This document shows positions 62,719 through 64,000 of a DNA stretch of 64,000 nt, one piece after another; positions within the stretch are counted from its first letter, which is position 1; each line of letters opens with the position of its first letter. A program made the translations under genes and the position numbers. The notes under the pieces were generated by a model. It was not told the origin of the DNA. It made no database searches and saw nothing but the letters and a program-made list of their open reading frames with translations. The DNA is taken from positions 233,726-297,725 of IMG/VR virus record IMGVR_UViG_3300023278_002893; one strand, 5' to 3'.

Positions 62719-62744
62719 GCCCGTATGGCGGAATAGGAGTACGT
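62719..62744 (+). pseudogene. 5' fragment of a tRNA-Leu-like gene
   Basis: GCCCGTA-TG-GCGGAATAGG, complementary to TACGGGC-A-CCA at 63953-63963. Confidence 0.6.
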
Positions 62745-62747
62745 ATT

Positions 62748-62915
62748 ATGGAAATATTTATCTTTATAGCGGGTATGGTAATACCTGTAGCAATAAATTT
62801 ACTATGCTTCAGAACCTATAGCGGCCTCGGCGTCCTCGTGACCGTCTTTATGGAGTGGAAGATCATTAGAGTGGGTAAAGATTGGCGCTGGAAACCGTAC
62901 ATCAAGCCGGAATGA
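62748..62915 (+). CDS. 55-aa membrane protein
   Basis: AGGAG RBS embedded in the tRNA fragment; MEIFIFIAGMVIPVAINLLCF... Confidence 0.6.
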   Translation: MEIFIFIAGMVIPVAINLLCFRTYSGLGVLVTVFMEWKIIRVGKDWRWKPYIKPE

Positions 62916-62919
62916 CTTT

Positions 62920-63492
62920 ATGGTAAAGTATACAAGAGAACTACTACAGAAAGCAGCTAAGGAGAGTGAGTCCATAGCTGGAGTCATGCGTGCCCTCGGA
63001 ATAAAGAAGTAGGCAGGTGGAACCCATGCGTGGATCAAGAACAGGTTGCTGCACTTCGAAATAAATACTTCTCACTTTACCGGACAGGGACACAACAGGG
63101 GCAGCGAGGCTCCCAATCGATTGAATCCTGAGGACGTGTTTGTACTCAGGGAAGAGGGTGCTCGCCAGAAAAGGAATATCCTCTGGAGATGCCTGATTGA
63201 AGTAGGTCGAGGTGGTGTATGTGAAGAGTGTGGTCAGGGACCCATTTGGAAGGGTAAAGACCTCGTTCTTCAGATAGATCATATTGATGGAAATTTCTTG
63301 GACGACAGGGAGGAGAACCTCAGAATCCTGTGTCCTAATTGTCACACACAAACTCCTACGTTTGGTAGGAACAAAAACAGAGCAGGAGTGGCGGAATTGG
63401 TCTACGCAGCGGTTTTAGGGGCCGTACCCGAAAGGGCTGAGGGTTCGAGTCCCTCCTCCTGTACCAGTAATCAAAACAAATTATTTGAGTAA
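62920..63492 (+). pseudogene. HNH endonuclease interrupted by an in-frame TAG and reading through tRNA-Leu
   Basis: MVKYTRELLQKAAKESESIAGVMRALGIKK*AGGTHAWIKNRL...CEECG...LQIDHIDGN..DDREENLRILCPNCH; TAG at 63010-63012. Confidence 0.8.
63382..63466 (+). tRNA. tRNA-Leu(TAG)
   Basis: GCAGGAG/CTCCTGT; GCGGT-TTTAGGG-GCCGT; CCC-GAAA-GGG variable arm; CCA. Confidence 0.95.
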
Positions 63493-63515
63493 GTCAACCA
63501 GCACAGGAGATCATT

Positions 63516-63941
63516 ATGTTTTACTTCGTTAGTTGGTACAAAGATTCGATCGACGACGCAATGCAAAAAGGTAATTTTTTCACTGCTCTTGGCTGCGGCG
63601 CCAAAGCCTACCCTGTAGGTGCGCGAATGCGAGAAATGCCCCCCGGCAGTTTGGTCATATTGGCTTCCGCCAGGACACGTGATGATGGGGATGACGTGTA
63701 TAAAGGTTATGCGGTTGTGCGGGTAGAGAACCCAATCGAACGTGCACTTGGCCTGATACTTGCCAAAGTTATCTGGCCTAACTCAGGTTACCAAGCGACC
63801 AACGAATCAATCCCTCTGGTAGTGAGGCCTGAAGGAGTAGAGCTGGATAAGAACCTTTGGAAACCCTTAGGTAAAACTTTCAACCGCACCATATATGAGA
63901 TGGAACAGGGAGATTTTGAGGCAGCAATAACCTGCTTCTAA
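63516..63941 (+). CDS. hypothetical protein (possible EVE/PUA-like)
   Basis: AGGAG RBS; REMPPGSLVIL...YKGYAVV; the fold suggestion is weak. Confidence 0.7.
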   Translation: MFYFVSWYKDSIDDAMQKGNFFTALGCGAKAYPVGARMREMPPGSLVILASARTRDDGDDVYKGYAVVRVENPIERALGLILAKVIWPNSGYQATNESIPLVVRPEGVELDKNLWKPLGKTFNRTIYEMEQGDFEAAITCF

Positions 63942-63947
63942 TCCTCT

Positions 63948-63963
63948 CCCTCTACGGGCACCA
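63948..63963 (+). pseudogene. 3' fragment of a tRNA (T-stem strand + acceptor strand + CCA)
   Basis: CCCTC-TACGGGC-A-CCA immediately after the stop of 63516..63941. Confidence 0.6.
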
Positions 63964-64000
63964 GTAGTTAACATAAATTATTCGGGGATTAGAATAAAGG

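Noticed and set aside
62719-63963. Group I intron-split functional tRNA
   Set aside because: The fragments lack the anticodon arm and T-loop, so splicing could not regenerate a tRNA; no group I core motifs were seen.
1-64000. Genome-wide TAG recoding (genetic code 15)
   Set aside because: Many well-defined genes end at TAG at the expected length (UDG, SSB 40198, SpoVG 14156, ligase 51859 coupled TAGTG); only the HNH gene has an internal TAG; no suppressor tRNA is in the window.
63975-64000. Possible start of another tRNA at the right edge (TCGGGGATTAG...)
   Set aside because: Truncated by the window; too short to support.

Overview
Segment of a large (probably jumbo) bacteriophage genome. 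It carries phage-type replication and auxiliary genes (dnaX, family-4 UDG, PIF1 helicase, three SSBs, deoC, ndk, IF-1, SLT, macrodomain, HNH), very many short ORFs of unknown function, AGGAG ribosome-binding sites, and 15 tRNA genes interleaved with ORFs. Positions 1-11.0 kb are an AT-richer minus-strand block driven by near-perfect sigma70 promoters. From about 11.1 kb onward the credible genes are on the plus strand. The strand switch opens into a 3.5 kb GC-rich array of repeated modules (hairpin + CGCTTCGCT + TWGTT-N3-TCAC-N3-GTGA box + RBS + micro-ORF). The same directional box recurs upstream of genes out to 43 kb, and a divergent sigma-like gene at 30.1 kb is a candidate cognate factor. 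Other highlights: four divergent SpoVG-like paralogs; a phiEco32-type COOH-NH2 ligase/GGCT/GATase cluster with an unknown paralog pair; PEP-CTERM and IPTL-CTERM-like signals; an armless tRNA-like RNA (GCU loop, 3' ACCA) followed by about 430 nt of ORF-free, structured sequence; a leader hairpin masking a 47-aa gene; a split tRNA-Leu relic bracketing an amber-interrupted HNH gene; and many ORFs whose stop codons lie inside tRNAs. A Gram-negative, possibly deltaproteobacterial, host is inferred only from SpoVG + PEP-CTERM + DUF4124 content. All family calls are from motif recognition by eye; no searches or folding programs were run.
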